From Flavobacteriaceae bacterium (GTDB taxonomy: Bacteria > Bacteroidota > Bacteroidia > Flavobacteriales > Flavobacteriaceae), in NCBI GenBank assembly GCA_965657165.1, contig CBFHNG010000002.1:6161-70160 (forward strand): a DNA stretch of 64,000 bases. Reading direction: 5' to 3'. The notes beneath the pieces are model-generated. The model saw only the letters and a program-made list of their open reading frames with translations, was not told the DNA's origin and did not search any database. Of the stretch, positions 50,706-61,574 are shown in pieces (within the stretch, counting starts at the first letter, position 1; every line of letters begins with the position of its first letter). The position numbers and the translations under genes were made by a program.

Positions 50706-51488
50706 TTAAAAATCTATTTTATGTAATATCAAACCAGATGCTGGAGCAATATAGTCGATGGAAATTGTAGAATCATTTTTCAAACTTATTTCAATAAAAT
50801 TCAAGTCTATATCTCCTCTGCCGAGTTTAATCAATGCACCCATCATCAAACGTATTTGATGGCGTCCAAATCCTTTTCCTATTACTCGTAGTATATAACT
50901 TTTTTTTGGAAAAAAATTGGCTGTATACAACTTGTTTTCAATCAATTCACAAGTTTTTAGTTCACGTTGATATAATCCATTGTCAGTTGCTTTATAACAA
51001 TAGGACTTAAAATTATGCGGTCCTTGAAAAAGCTGTGCTCCTTTTTTCATCAATTCTACATCTAATGGTTCTAATATGGTTGTCATAATGGGTGCACAAA
51101 AAGGGTGACACTTCTCCCCTTGTGAAAAAACGTAATGATACTCTTTGTATTTAGAATCTTGAATGATATTAAAATCTGAAGACACTTCTTCAATAGATAA
51201 TGCACGAATATCTTGAGGTAAATTAGTATTAAATTCTTCTAGAAATAAGATCAAATCTTTTATGGGTTCATCCTTTAAAAACAACTCAAATGCAGCTTCC
51301 TGAGCAGAAACTTTAGCGTCAGTTCTACTGGCAGCTAATGTTTTAAATGATTGATTTTTAAGAATATAACGCATCGTTTTGTCAATCATCAAATGCAGTG
51401 TTTTGGTATTTGGTTGTTTTTGCCATCCATGAAAGCGGTAGCCCAAAAATTGAAATTTAACCAAATAATAAAAACGCTTTTGAAACAT
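50706..51488 (-). CDS. truA: tRNA pseudouridine(38-40) synthase
   Basis: GYRFHGWQKQP, SRTDAKVSA (catalytic Asp), GPHNFKSY, GFGRHQIR, APASGLIL. Confidence 0.9.
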   Translation of the reverse strand: MFQKRFYYLVKFQFLGYRFHGWQKQPNTKTLHLMIDKTMRYILKNQSFKTLAASRTDAKVSAQEAAFELFLKDEPIKDLILFLEEFNTNLPQDIRALSIEEVSSDFNIIQDSKYKEYHYVFSQGEKCHPFCAPIMTTILEPLDVELMKKGAQLFQGPHNFKSYCYKATDNGLYQRELKTCELIENKLYTANFFPKKSYILRVIGKGFGRHQIRLMMGALIKLGRGDIDLNFIEISLKNDSTISIDYIAPASGLILHKIDF

Positions 51489-51524
51489 TGGCTTAAGTTC
51501 GGAGTTTCTATTTACAAATAAAAA

Positions 51525-52112
51525 TTAATGTCTTAATTTTAATACATTAACGATGTCGGAAAGACAATAGTCCTTTGCTTGAAGTAAAATTAAATAATGA
51601 AATAATAAATCAGCACTTTCTTCCAAGAACAATTCATCATTTTGATCTTTGGCTTCTATAACCGTTTCTATGGCCTCTTCTCCTACCTTTTGAGCAATTT
51701 TATTGATGCCTTTTTCAAATAAACTTGTGACATAAGACGTGTCGTTAGGGGTGTGTTTTCGATTTGAAATTATTTGCTCTAGAACAGATAAAAATCCGAA
51801 ATCCTGAGTATTTACTTCACCCCAACAAGTATCTGTTCCTTTATGGCATGTTGGACCTTCTGGACTTGCCTTTACCAATAGAGTATCTCCATCGCAATCA
51901 ACCTCTAATGATTTGAGATTCAGAAAATTACCACTCTCCTCCCCTTTTGTCCAAAGACGATTTTTACTTCTACTAAAAAACGTAACACGCTTGCTTTTTT
52001 GCGTTATTTCTAGCGCTTCTTTATTCATATATCCAAGCATCAAAACAGTTTTTGTTTGTGCATCTTGAACAATAGCTGGCACAAGGCCGTTCTTATTATA
52101 ATTTACAATCAT
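51525..52112 (-). CDS. hisIE: Bifunctional PR-AMP cyclohydrolase / PR-ATP pyrophosphatase
   Basis: WTKGEESGN, DCDGDTLL, GPTCHKG..TC, KVGEEAIE, ESADLLFH. Confidence 0.97.
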   Translation of the reverse strand: MIVNYNKNGLVPAIVQDAQTKTVLMLGYMNKEALEITQKSKRVTFFSRSKNRLWTKGEESGNFLNLKSLEVDCDGDTLLVKASPEGPTCHKGTDTCWGEVNTQDFGFLSVLEQIISNRKHTPNDTSYVTSLFEKGINKIAQKVGEEAIETVIEAKDQNDELFLEESADLLFHYLILLQAKDYCLSDIVNVLKLRH

Positions 52113-52867
52113 TATAGTCTAATATTTATATGATTCTGTTGTAATTCTTTTTTAAGTTTTGGAATTGAAATCTCTCCAAAATGAAACACGCTTGCTGCCA
52201 AGGCAGCATCCGCTTTTCCTTCTTTGAACACACTTACAAAATGTTGAACAGCTCCTGCTCCTCCTGATGCAATAACAGGAATATTTACAGTTTCTGATAA
52301 TTGGGCTAATGCATCGTTTGCAAAACCTGTTTTTACACCATCGTGATTCATTGAGGTAAATAAAATCTCTCCCGCCCCCAATGATTCAACTTCTTGAGCC
52401 CAATCATACAAATCCAAATCTGTAGGTATTGTTCCTCCCGCTAAATGTACTTTCCAGTTATTCTCTATCTTTTTGGCATCAATGGCAACTACAACACATT
52501 GATTTCCAAAATTTTGTGATAATTCATGTATAAGTTCTGGACGTTTTATTGCTGCAGAATTTACAGCGATTTTATCGGCTCCTGATTTGAGCAATAATGA
52601 GGCATCATCAACGCTTGTTACACCACCTCCAACAGTAAAAGGTATATTAAGTTTTTGCGCGACTTTTCTTACCATATCACGTGTAGTTCCTCTTGATTCT
52701 AATGTCGCCGAAATGTCTAAAAACACCAACTCATCTGCGCCTTGAATAGCGTAATGTTGTGCCAAAACTACAGGATCTCCTGCATCACGAAGATTTACAA
52801 AATTTACACCTTTTACTGTCCTTCCATTCTTTATGTCTAAGCATGGAATTATTCTTTTTGTCAACAT
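52112..52867 (-). CDS. hisF: Imidazole glycerol phosphate synthase cyclase subunit
   Basis: [42 protein letters not shown]. Confidence 0.98.
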   Translation of the reverse strand: MLTKRIIPCLDIKNGRTVKGVNFVNLRDAGDPVVLAQHYAIQGADELVFLDISATLESRGTTRDMVRKVAQKLNIPFTVGGGVTSVDDASLLLKSGADKIAVNSAAIKRPELIHELSQNFGNQCVVVAIDAKKIENNWKVHLAGGTIPTDLDLYDWAQEVESLGAGEILFTSMNHDGVKTGFANDALAQLSETVNIPVIASGGAGAVQHFVSVFKEGKADAALAASVFHFGEISIPKLKKELQQNHINIRL

Positions 52868-52868
52868 A

Positions 52869-53597
52869 CTAATTGGTATTAATTTGAAATTGCTCTAATG
52901 ACTTCAAGCTTATTTTCCCTTCGTATATTGCCTTTCCAATAATAACGCCCTCACAGCCTATTGCCTTTAATTTTGAAAGTTCTTCAATGCCAGATACGCC
53001 TCCTGAACCAATCAAATTGAGCTCTGGATTTTGATTCAAAATAGAGGTGTATAATTCAAAAGCAGGACCTTGAAGCATACCATCTTTTGAAATATCAGTA
53101 CAAATGACATTTTTAATTCCTTTTTTTGTGTAATCATCAATAAATGGTAGAACTTCAAGTGAACTTTCTTCTTGCCATCCTTGAATAGCAATATTGCCAT
53201 GAATACAATCTGCGCCAAGGATTATTTTTTCAAAACCATATTGGTTTATCCATGATTCAAACAAATGTGGATTTTTGACAGCAATACTTCCGCCAGTTAT
53301 TTGTTGCGCGCCAGATTCAAAAGCTATTCTTAAATCATCATCTGATTTAAGACCACCACCAAAATCTATTTTTAAATTTGTCTGAACTGCTAATTTTTCT
53401 AATATTTTATAATTTACGATGTGTTTTGCTTTGGCTCCATCAAGATCTACCAAGTGCAAATATTCAATCCCTGAATCTTGAAACATTTTGGCAACCTCCA
53501 ATGGATTTTCGTTATACACTTTTTTAGTGGAATAATCGCCTTTAGTGAGTCTAACACACTGACCGTTAATGATATCTATAGCTGGTATAAGTCTCAT
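52869..53597 (-). CDS. hisA: ProFAR isomerase
   Basis: [40 protein letters not shown]. Confidence 0.98.
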   Translation of the reverse strand: MRLIPAIDIINGQCVRLTKGDYSTKKVYNENPLEVAKMFQDSGIEYLHLVDLDGAKAKHIVNYKILEKLAVQTNLKIDFGGGLKSDDDLRIAFESGAQQITGGSIAVKNPHLFESWINQYGFEKIILGADCIHGNIAIQGWQEESSLEVLPFIDDYTKKGIKNVICTDISKDGMLQGPAFELYTSILNQNPELNLIGSGGVSGIEELSKLKAIGCEGVIIGKAIYEGKISLKSLEQFQINTN

Positions 53598-53601
53598 ACA
53601 A

Positions 53602-54183
53602 TTACAATTTTAAAAAGTTTTCCAATACCATAGCACCATCTCGACTACTTTTCTCTGGGTGAAATTGTACGCCATAAAAGTTATCTTTTTGCAATGCCGA
53701 TGAAAAATCAACACCATAATTTGAAGTTGCTATTGTTAAATCGCAATTAGGAGCATAATAACTGTGTACAGCATACATGTAGGTCGTTGATTTCAGTCCT
53801 GTAAACAGTTCTGATTTTAAATTTTCAATCAAGTTCCAACCCATATGCGGAACTTTTACATTAGCTTCAAACCTTTTAACATCAACATCAAAAATACCCA
53901 ACCCGGTGGTGCTTCCCTCCTCAGTTGTTTTGCAAAGCAATTGCATTCCCAAACAAATTCCCAAAACATCTTGTTTTAGTTCCGGAATGAGGGCGTTTAA
54001 ACCTGTTGCTTTTAATTGTTTCATGGCTTGACTTGCCTGTCCTACTCCAGGGAAAATTATTTTATCTGAAGATAAGATGTTTTCCTTATCATTAGAAAGA
54101 ACGGCATCAACCCCAAGTCGTTCCAAAGCAAATTGAACACTTTGAATATTGCCAGCTCCATAATCTAAAAGTGTAACTTTCAT
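53602..54183 (-). CDS. hisH: IGP synthase glutaminase subunit
   Basis: DYGAGN, PGVG, GICLGMQ, VPHMGWN, HSY, QFHPEKS. Confidence 0.98.
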   Translation of the reverse strand: MKVTLLDYGAGNIQSVQFALERLGVDAVLSNDKENILSSDKIIFPGVGQASQAMKQLKATGLNALIPELKQDVLGICLGMQLLCKTTEEGSTTGLGIFDVDVKRFEANVKVPHMGWNLIENLKSELFTGLKSTTYMYAVHSYYAPNCDLTIATSNYGVDFSSALQKDNFYGVQFHPEKSSRDGAMVLENFLKL

Positions 54184-55316
54184 TATAACATTCCTTTTGT
54201 TGATGGTAAAATCATTTTGTTTGGGTCTCTTTGAACGGCTATTTTAATGGATTTTGCAAAAGCTTTAAAAATAGCTTCAATTTTATGGTGTTCGTTTGTT
54301 CCTTCTGCTTTAATATTGAGGTTACATTTTGCACCATCAGTAAAAGATTTGAAAAAATGTATAAACATTTCTGTTGGCATTTTCCCAATATATTCACGCT
54401 TAAAATCTGCATCCCAAACCAACCAATTTCGACCACCAAAATCAATTGCCACTTGAGCCAAACAATCATCCATAGGCAAGCAAAATCCGTAGCGTTCAAT
54501 ACCTAATTTGTTCCCTAACGTTTGATTAAAAAGCTCTCCCAGAGCAATAGCGGTATCTTCAATAGTGTGATGCTCATCAACGTCTAAATCACCATTGACT
54601 TTTATATCTAAATCCATTTGACCATGACGTGCAATTTGATCTAGCATATGATCAAAAAATGCAATTCCAGTTTCTATACGACTTTGTCCAGTACCGTCTA
54701 AATTTAGAGAGATTTCAATATCAGTTTCATGGGTTTTTCTACTTATTTTTCCAGTGCGAGATTCCAATTTTAAAAATTCATAAATCATGCGCCATTGGTT
54801 AGTTTCTAAAGCTATACATGATGAAAGCTCGCTATTGGAAACACTCAATTCTGTTGTGTCTAAATTTCCACCATCACTAATTAAAATTCCTTTTGAATTT
54901 AAATTTTTTGCCAATTCTATATCTGTCAATCTATCACCTATTACAAAAGAGTTTGTCAAATCATAATTCTCATTCAAGTATGATGTAAGCATACCTGTTC
55001 GTGGTTTTCGTGTTGGCGCATTATCTTTTGCAAAAGTGCGGTCTATATATTGATTTTTAAACACAATCCCTTCATTTTCAAAACATTGTACCATGAAATT
55101 ATGTACTGGCCAAAATGTATTTTCTGGAAACGAAGCTGTTCCCAAGCCATCTTGATTTGTAACCATTACCAATTCATAATCTAATTCATCAACAATTTTT
55201 TTTAAATAATAAAATACATCAGGATAAAACTCTAGCTTTTCAAACGCATCAATTTGATAATCTTCTGGTTCTTTAATTAAAGTGCCGTCTCTATCTATAA
55301 AAAGTACTTTTTTCAT
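54183..55316 (-). CDS. hisB: Bifunctional histidinol-phosphatase / imidazoleglycerol-phosphate dehydratase
   Basis: HAD motifs FIDRDGT, TNQDG, RKP, GDR. IGPD motifs [27 protein letters not shown]. Confidence 0.98.
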   Translation of the reverse strand: MKKVLFIDRDGTLIKEPEDYQIDAFEKLEFYPDVFYYLKKIVDELDYELVMVTNQDGLGTASFPENTFWPVHNFMVQCFENEGIVFKNQYIDRTFAKDNAPTRKPRTGMLTSYLNENYDLTNSFVIGDRLTDIELAKNLNSKGILISDGGNLDTTELSVSNSELSSCIALETNQWRMIYEFLKLESRTGKISRKTHETDIEISLNLDGTGQSRIETGIAFFDHMLDQIARHGQMDLDIKVNGDLDVDEHHTIEDTAIALGELFNQTLGNKLGIERYGFCLPMDDCLAQVAIDFGGRNWLVWDADFKREYIGKMPTEMFIHFFKSFTDGAKCNLNIKAEGTNEHHKIEAIFKAFAKSIKIAVQRDPNKMILPSTKGML

Positions 55317-55318
55317 CT

Positions 55319-56353
55319 TTAAATGGTTTTTAAGACTTGGATTAATTTTAAATTTTCATCTGATGTTCCAACTGTTATTCTTAAACAATGATCACATAAT
55401 GGTTGTCCATGACGATTTCTGACAATTATACCTTTTGCTATTAATTGGGAATACCGCTTGATAGCATCATCAACACGGATTAGTACAAAATTCGCATCTG
55501 ATGGGAAAATTGTTTTTACGAAAGATAAATTCTTAAGGTTTTGAATCAATTTTTCACGTTCGGATAATATAATATCAATTTGCTTTTTTGTGTTTTCTTG
55601 GTTTGAAATCCCTTCAAATGCTGCATTTTGAGTCAATAAATTGATATTGTAAGGGGGTTTAATTTTATTTAAAACAGCAATAATTTCTGTAGAAGCATAA
55701 CAAATTCCAAGACGAATACCTGCAAGAGCATATGCTTTTGACAAAGTTTGAGTCACCACCAAGTTAGGAAACTCTGGTAAACGCTCAATCCAGCTCTTAG
55801 CATCTGTAAAATCAATATAGGCCTCATCAATTACGACCAGACCACCAAAAGCTTTTAAAATAACCTCTATGGCTTTTGTATCTAAAAGATTTCCCGAGGG
55901 ATTGTTTGGCGAACATATAAAAATCATCTTCGTATTTGGTTGAATTGCTTTTAGAACATCATCCATTTTGATTTGAAACTTAGAATTTAGTGTAACCAAA
56001 TGATTTTCAATTGCATTTAAATTTGCTAAAACCCCATACATGCCATAGGTTGGTGTAAGCGTCAACACTGCATCTTGGTTGGGTTCACAAAAAGCCCTTA
56101 ATAATAAATCCAACACTTCATCGCTTCCATTCCCCAATAAAATTTGATTTGGCAATACTTGTTTTAGTGTTGCAAGTTTAGTTTTTAAAAGAACTTGCTG
56201 CGGATCTGGATAGCGGTTTAAATCATTTTGAAATGGACTTTCATTAGCATCCAAAAATACAAGGTTGTGGTCTTGACTCTGAAACTCGTCACGTGCGGAT
56301 GAATAGGGCTTCATCGCTGCCACACATGGTCTAATTAACGCTTTAAGATTCAT
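55319..56353 (-). CDS. hisC: Histidinol-phosphate aminotransferase
   Basis: [43 protein letters not shown]. Confidence 0.98.
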   Translation of the reverse strand: MNLKALIRPCVAAMKPYSSARDEFQSQDHNLVFLDANESPFQNDLNRYPDPQQVLLKTKLATLKQVLPNQILLGNGSDEVLDLLLRAFCEPNQDAVLTLTPTYGMYGVLANLNAIENHLVTLNSKFQIKMDDVLKAIQPNTKMIFICSPNNPSGNLLDTKAIEVILKAFGGLVVIDEAYIDFTDAKSWIERLPEFPNLVVTQTLSKAYALAGIRLGICYASTEIIAVLNKIKPPYNINLLTQNAAFEGISNQENTKKQIDIILSEREKLIQNLKNLSFVKTIFPSDANFVLIRVDDAIKRYSQLIAKGIIVRNRHGQPLCDHCLRITVGTSDENLKLIQVLKTI

Positions 56354-57635
56354 TTTTAAGTGTTTTTAAACGAATAGAAACTGCATTTTTATGTGCTGAA
56401 AGACCCTCAGCTTCGGCCATGAGCTCAATTGTTGGTCCCAGATCTAAAAGTCCTTCTTTTGTAATTTCTTGAAAAGTGATGCTCTTTAAAAAACTATCAA
56501 GATTGACACCAGAGTACGCTTTAGCATATCCATTTGTGGGCAACGTATGATTGGTGCCTGAGGCATAATCTCCAGCACTTTCGGGAGTATAATCACCAAT
56601 AAATACCGATCCTACATTTTTCACTTTATTGATATAAAATGTATTATCAGAGGTTGAAATAATATAGTGCTCTGGACCATAAAAATTGATGAGTTCTGCT
56701 GCTGTTTCTTTATTTGAACAATAAATTAATTTCATGTTTTCGAGGGCTTTTTCGATAATGGTTTTTCTATTCAATGCTTGTGTTTGCTCTTGAACTTCAA
56801 ATAAAACAGCCTCTAAAAGGTCAAGATCTGTTGATACTAAAACCACTTGACTGTCAATACCGTGCTCTGCTTGACTTAACAGATCTGATGCTACAAAAGA
56901 AGGTGTTGCAGATGCATCGGCCATCACCAACAATTCACTTGGACCAGCTGGCATATCAATGGCGACGCCAAATTTGGTAGCAGCTTGTTTTGCGGCAGTA
57001 ACATATTGATTTCCTGGGCCAAATAATTTATTCACCTTGGGAATTGTAGCTGTTCCAAAGGTCATTCCTGCAATAGCTTGTATGCCACCAACCTTAAATA
57101 TTTTTTCTATTCCACAAAGGGCAGCGGTATATAGTATTTCATTGGCAACAGCTCCAGAAGTATTTGGAGGAGTGCATATAACTATAGAAGTACAACCTGC
57201 AATTTGTGCTGGAATAGCCAGCATCAAAACTGTTGAAAACAATGGTGCTGTTCCACCAGGAATGTATAGCCCAACAGACTCAATTGGACGTTTTTCTTGC
57301 CAACAACGGACTCCAACTTGAGTTTGTACATCAACACGACTGGTTTTTTGAGCTTTATGAAAAGTTTCAATGTTTGACTTTGCTTTTATGATTGCCTCTT
57401 TGAGTTTTGGAGAGATGGCTTTTTCAGCCGCTTCAATCTCAGATTTTGAAACTTTTAGATCATAAATATCTACTTTATCAAATGCTTTTGTGTAGTGTTT
57501 TAGAGCATTATCGCCTTGGTCTTGAACAGCCTCAAAAACATCATTAACAACTTCATCAAGAGCATCGCTATTTTGTATTGGACGACTTAAAATAACATCC
57601 CATTTTTCAGGTTTTGGATTTTTTATAATTGCCAT
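56343..57635 (-). CDS. hisD: Histidinol dehydrogenase
   Basis: GLYIPGG, GPGNQYV, IDMPAGPSE, DLLSQAEH, PEH, GDYASGTNHTLPT. Confidence 0.98.
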   Translation of the reverse strand: MAIIKNPKPEKWDVILSRPIQNSDALDEVVNDVFEAVQDQGDNALKHYTKAFDKVDIYDLKVSKSEIEAAEKAISPKLKEAIIKAKSNIETFHKAQKTSRVDVQTQVGVRCWQEKRPIESVGLYIPGGTAPLFSTVLMLAIPAQIAGCTSIVICTPPNTSGAVANEILYTAALCGIEKIFKVGGIQAIAGMTFGTATIPKVNKLFGPGNQYVTAAKQAATKFGVAIDMPAGPSELLVMADASATPSFVASDLLSQAEHGIDSQVVLVSTDLDLLEAVLFEVQEQTQALNRKTIIEKALENMKLIYCSNKETAAELINFYGPEHYIISTSDNTFYINKVKNVGSVFIGDYTPESAGDYASGTNHTLPTNGYAKAYSGVNLDSFLKSITFQEITKEGLLDLGPTIELMAEAEGLSAHKNAVSIRLKTLKNES

Positions 57636-58492
57636 TAGAGTACCATTTTTTCAATTGGACAAATAAGAATACCTTCTGCACCATTGTGTTTTAAATCATC
57701 AATGATATCCCAAAACTGGTGCTGATTTATAACACTATGTACAGAACTCCACCCTGATTTTGCTAACGGTAAAACTGTAGGGCTTTTCATGCCTGGAAGA
57801 ATCTTTATGATATTTTCTAAACTATTATTTGGTGCGTTCAGTAAAACATATTTTGATGATCTTCCCTTAAGTACAGATTGTATTCTAAATTTTATTTTCT
57901 CTAGTAACTCAGTTTGTGTAGTTTCGATTTTAGGTGACACAGCAAGAACTGCTTCAGAATTAAGCAAAACTTCTTTTTCTTCAAGATTATTTTTAAACAA
58001 TGTGCCCCCTGTCGAAACGATATCTACAATAGCGTCTGCGAGACCAATATTAGGTGCAATTTCAACAGATCCGTTAATAATGTGCAATTCGGCATCGACT
58101 CCTTTTTCTTTTAAAAATGTTTCAACAGTATTAGGATAAGAGGTTGCAATCTTTTTCCCATTCAAATCATTTAAGTTATTGTAATCCATTGATTTCGGTA
58201 CTGCCAAAGATACACGACAACGCGAAAAACCAAGCTCCAACACAGTTGTTATCCCCTCTCCTTTTTCAACTAATATGTTGCTGCCAATAATGGCAATATC
58301 CACAACACCATCCTTAAGATATTGAGGAATATCTCCATTACGCAGATAAAAAACCTCGATGGGAAAGTTAGTTGCACGTGCTTTAAGTTGTTCTTTACCA
58401 TTATCAACAGAAATTCCAATGTCCTTTAATAATTTTAAAGAATCGTCTTTTAATCGTCCAGATTTTTGAACAGCAACCTTCAGTGTTTTCAT
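57635..58492 (-). CDS. hisG: ATP phosphoribosyltransferase (long form)
   Basis: VQKSGRL, DIPQY, IATSYP, GSVEIAP..GLADAIVDIVSTGGT, C-terminal PGMKSPTV regulatory domain. Confidence 0.98.
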   Translation of the reverse strand: MKTLKVAVQKSGRLKDDSLKLLKDIGISVDNGKEQLKARATNFPIEVFYLRNGDIPQYLKDGVVDIAIIGSNILVEKGEGITTVLELGFSRCRVSLAVPKSMDYNNLNDLNGKKIATSYPNTVETFLKEKGVDAELHIINGSVEIAPNIGLADAIVDIVSTGGTLFKNNLEEKEVLLNSEAVLAVSPKIETTQTELLEKIKFRIQSVLKGRSSKYVLLNAPNNSLENIIKILPGMKSPTVLPLAKSGWSSVHSVINQHQFWDIIDDLKHNGAEGILICPIEKMVL

Positions 58493-58508
58493 TTTTAGAA
58501 ATTTTGAA

Positions 58509-58541
58509 TAAAAAAAACCCGTTTGAAATTCAAACGGGTTA
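58509..58541 (-). terminator. his attenuator terminator hairpin
   Basis: Minus strand AACCCGTTTGA-att-TCAAACGGGTT followed by a T run, immediately upstream of hisG. Confidence 0.88.
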
Positions 58542-58562
58542 ATGTCATTTTATAAAATAAAT

Positions 58563-58631
58563 TTACGCCATACACATACAACTCGCCTGAAAGCCAGTAT
58601 GAAAATGATGATGTAAATTGTTGTTTTTCAT
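58563..58631 (-). CDS. hisL: his operon leader peptide (22 aa)
   Basis: MKNNNLHHHFHTGFQASCMCMA*, with four His codons, directly ahead of the antiterminator/terminator and hisG. Confidence 0.85.
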   Translation of the reverse strand: MKNNNLHHHFHTGFQASCMCMA

Positions 58632-58697
58632 TGTTTTAATTCAATAAACAAAGATTCAAAAAATATTTTTTTATTTCCTAACTTTTTTCTAGATTTT

Positions 58698-59510
58698 TTA
58701 TTGGTTACCCAAAATAATTGGCATTCCAGTATCACCAGAACCAATAACAATAACTTTACTGTTTGGAGATTCTGCCAATTTAACGGTAGCCTCTATGCCT
58801 TTATCTTGTAAAATTTTATCATTCAAAGACGCACTTAAAATACGGTTTGCATCGGCTTTACCTTGTGCCTCAATACGTTGTTTTTGAGCTTCTTTGTCGG
58901 CAGTAACCAACCTAAATTCATATTCTAAAGATTGTTGCTCTTGTTTCAGTTTTCCTTCGATTGCATTTTTAATCGTTTCTGGAAGTTTTACGTCTTCTAC
59001 TAATACACGTTTAACATTTAAGTATTGTCCTTTCATAAGGGTTACAACTTCATCTAAAATTTCTTGTTCAATAACATCTCGTTTACTTGAATATAATTGT
59101 TCAGGTGTATAACGTCCAACAACACTTCTTGCGGCGGCGTTTACAGCTGGATTAAGAAGCTCCAGTACATAATCTTGACCTTTCGTTTTGATGAGCTTTC
59201 CTAAGTTTTCATATTCTGGCTCGTACCAAATGGTACCATTTACACGAACTTCTAATCCGTTTACTGAAAGGACATTCATTTCGTCTGAAATAGATTGCTG
59301 ACGTACTTTAAAAACCAACATTGAGTTCCATGGAGCTACAATGTGAAATCCTTCTCCGTAGGTTTTTTCTGTATTTATTCCATCTCCAAAACGCTCAAAC
59401 AAAACACCACCTTCACCAGGTCCTATGGTTACGGCAGCTTTTGAAATAAGAATGACTAATACGGCTATTGTAAAAATTATAGGCAGGCCTATTTTGGGTA
59501 AATTTTGCAT
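58698..59510 (-). CDS. Prohibitin/SPFH (band 7) family protein
   Basis: N-terminal TM, GEGGVLF, EGFHIVAPW, RSVVGRYTPEQLYS, AIEGKL...EAQKQRIEAQG. Confidence 0.93.
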   Translation of the reverse strand: MQNLPKIGLPIIFTIAVLVILISKAAVTIGPGEGGVLFERFGDGINTEKTYGEGFHIVAPWNSMLVFKVRQQSISDEMNVLSVNGLEVRVNGTIWYEPEYENLGKLIKTKGQDYVLELLNPAVNAAARSVVGRYTPEQLYSSKRDVIEQEILDEVVTLMKGQYLNVKRVLVEDVKLPETIKNAIEGKLKQEQQSLEYEFRLVTADKEAQKQRIEAQGKADANRILSASLNDKILQDKGIEATVKLAESPNSKVIVIGSGDTGMPIILGNQ

Positions 59511-59528
59511 TTTATATAAATTTAGTTA

Positions 59529-61556
59529 TTAAATTAATCCTTTGTATTTTCTAATAAACCATTCCAATGCTATGCTCAAAATAATTAGCAAGAGCAATAA
59601 TTTATAATTTATCAAAGGTACAGTTTTTTTGTTGATTCTTTGGACTGATTTATAGTTAGGATTATTTAATAATTCAACTAATAAATTATCAAATTCATTC
59701 TCTAAAAACACTTGCCCACTAGTTTTTGTAGCCAATTGCAAAAGTTGTTCATAATCAGAATTAAAAAATTGTGCTTCAACATTATAGTTTAAAATTTCAA
59801 ACTGGCCCGAAGTTGAAAACTTTTGATCATTTGTCTTTATTATGTATGTGTATTTTCCTGATTCTAAACCACTTAAATCAACTTTGTAAGTATCACCAAT
59901 AACTATAAGTGGATAATTTATAGAAGTTTTAATTTGAGGCGAACTGATTTCAATCTTTAAACTTGCATTTGGATTAAATTGAAAATTTTCGTCATAAAAT
60001 TGAGCAAAAATCTCCGAACCAACAGAACCGTCAAAAACTGGACTGTGATTAGCCACAAGTCGTTTTGAGGTTTTTTGAGTACTTAAATATTGAAAAATGA
60101 CACTAAAAAAAGCATCAAATTTTCCGAAATTATCATTTAATTGAAATGATTTTAAGCGCCATTTCCATAGATCTTCGGCGAGTAAAACAATGTTTCTAAC
60201 TCCCTCATCGGAGTAAGAGAACAATAATGGCATTTTAGTAGACCGTCCATTAATAGATTTATACAACAAAATTTGATGAGGAACGCTTATTTCAGTTGTT
60301 CCAAATTCAGACTGAAGGGGTGGATAATCTTCAAAAGATAATGGAATAATCGAAAACGCATCAAAATCTGTATTGAAAACAGCTTGATAGACTTCTTTTT
60401 GGTTTGTAATCTCTTGCTTAAAATAAGGCTGTGTTTTATTCAAAAAAGACCATTCTGTAGATGTTCCTCCAATAATAAACGTATTTATTTTTTTTGCTTT
60501 TGTTTGTTCTAAAATAGACGCAAAATTATAGTCTGGCTGATACAAAATAACAAAAGTAAACTCCTCAGAAGCTTTCAAAAACTCGTCTGGAGTATAACGC
60601 TTAAATGTATAATTCTTTTGACTAGAAATAACAGAGTTAAATACCCCTATGTCTGGATGCGTATTTTTTGAAATCAATGCAATATTGAGTTTTTGGTCAA
60701 TAACTTCAATGGCAAATGTTTTACTGTTATTTAAAACCACTTTTTCAGATGATAAAGGACGTATTCTTGCGCTATAACGTTGAAGACCAACTTTTGATGC
60801 TTTGAGTTTTGGTGTGATGACTTTTGAATTGTCTAAAGCTGAGAATTGTAACTTTTCTTTGTAGACTATTGTTTTACCTTGAAAAATTTCTAAAATTGAA
60901 CTTTTAGTGTCACTACCATTGTAATTGACAAAAATTTCAACAGGAAAAGTATTCTCTAAAAATGCATAGGTGTTGACGTTTATTTGTTTGATTTTCAAGT
61001 CAATATACTGCATTGTATCCCCTAAAACTAAAGGATAGATAGGACTATTAAATTGTTTAGCTGCATATCCATACGAAGTTCCAAACGTTTGATTTCCATC
61101 GCTCAAAAGTAAGAATGGTGCCACTTCATCCTTAAAAATATCATGGGCTTGATTAAGGGATTTCCCAATATTCGTTTGTGAGGCATCAAAACTTAAAGAA
61201 TCATCGCTGTGGAGCGCGTTATCAAATGTAAAATAGTGAAGATCAAATTTATCAGATAAAGCGCTATTTGTTTTTATTTGATTTAAAAGAACCCGAGCAA
61301 TACTGTCTTTTTTTAAAAATTTAATCGACTGCGAATTATCAACCAAAACGCCTAGTTTTGGTTTAATGACTTCTGCAGTTTTAATTTCTGTTTCTGGATT
61401 GATTAACAATAAAAAAAGCGCACTCAATGCAAACGTTCTGGCTGCAGTAAGTACCCAAAACATCTTTTCTGAAGTCCAAGGTTTGTATTGAAAAAGCGCC
61501 AATATAAACGCTAAAACGACTGCCAAAATACCAAATAAAACTATTGATGTTATCAT
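59529..61556 (-). CDS. VWA-domain membrane protein
   Basis: N-terminal TMs, MIDAS-like LVDNSQS, TNI, LLSDGN, LWKWR, C-terminal LEWFIRK..G. Confidence 0.8.
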   Translation of the reverse strand: MITSIVLFGILAVVLAFILALFQYKPWTSEKMFWVLTAARTFALSALFLLLINPETEIKTAEVIKPKLGVLVDNSQSIKFLKKDSIARVLLNQIKTNSALSDKFDLHYFTFDNALHSDDSLSFDASQTNIGKSLNQAHDIFKDEVAPFLLLSDGNQTFGTSYGYAAKQFNSPIYPLVLGDTMQYIDLKIKQINVNTYAFLENTFPVEIFVNYNGSDTKSSILEIFQGKTIVYKEKLQFSALDNSKVITPKLKASKVGLQRYSARIRPLSSEKVVLNNSKTFAIEVIDQKLNIALISKNTHPDIGVFNSVISSQKNYTFKRYTPDEFLKASEEFTFVILYQPDYNFASILEQTKAKKINTFIIGGTSTEWSFLNKTQPYFKQEITNQKEVYQAVFNTDFDAFSIIPLSFEDYPPLQSEFGTTEISVPHQILLYKSINGRSTKMPLLFSYSDEGVRNIVLLAEDLWKWRLKSFQLNDNFGKFDAFFSVIFQYLSTQKTSKRLVANHSPVFDGSVGSEIFAQFYDENFQFNPNASLKIEISSPQIKTSINYPLIVIGDTYKVDLSGLESGKYTYIIKTNDQKFSTSGQFEILNYNVEAQFFNSDYEQLLQLATKTSGQVFLENEFDNLLVELLNNPNYKSVQRINKKTVPLINYKLLLLLIILSIALEWFIRKYKGLI

Positions 61557-61574
61557 GTGGCAGCCTCGAAAAAA

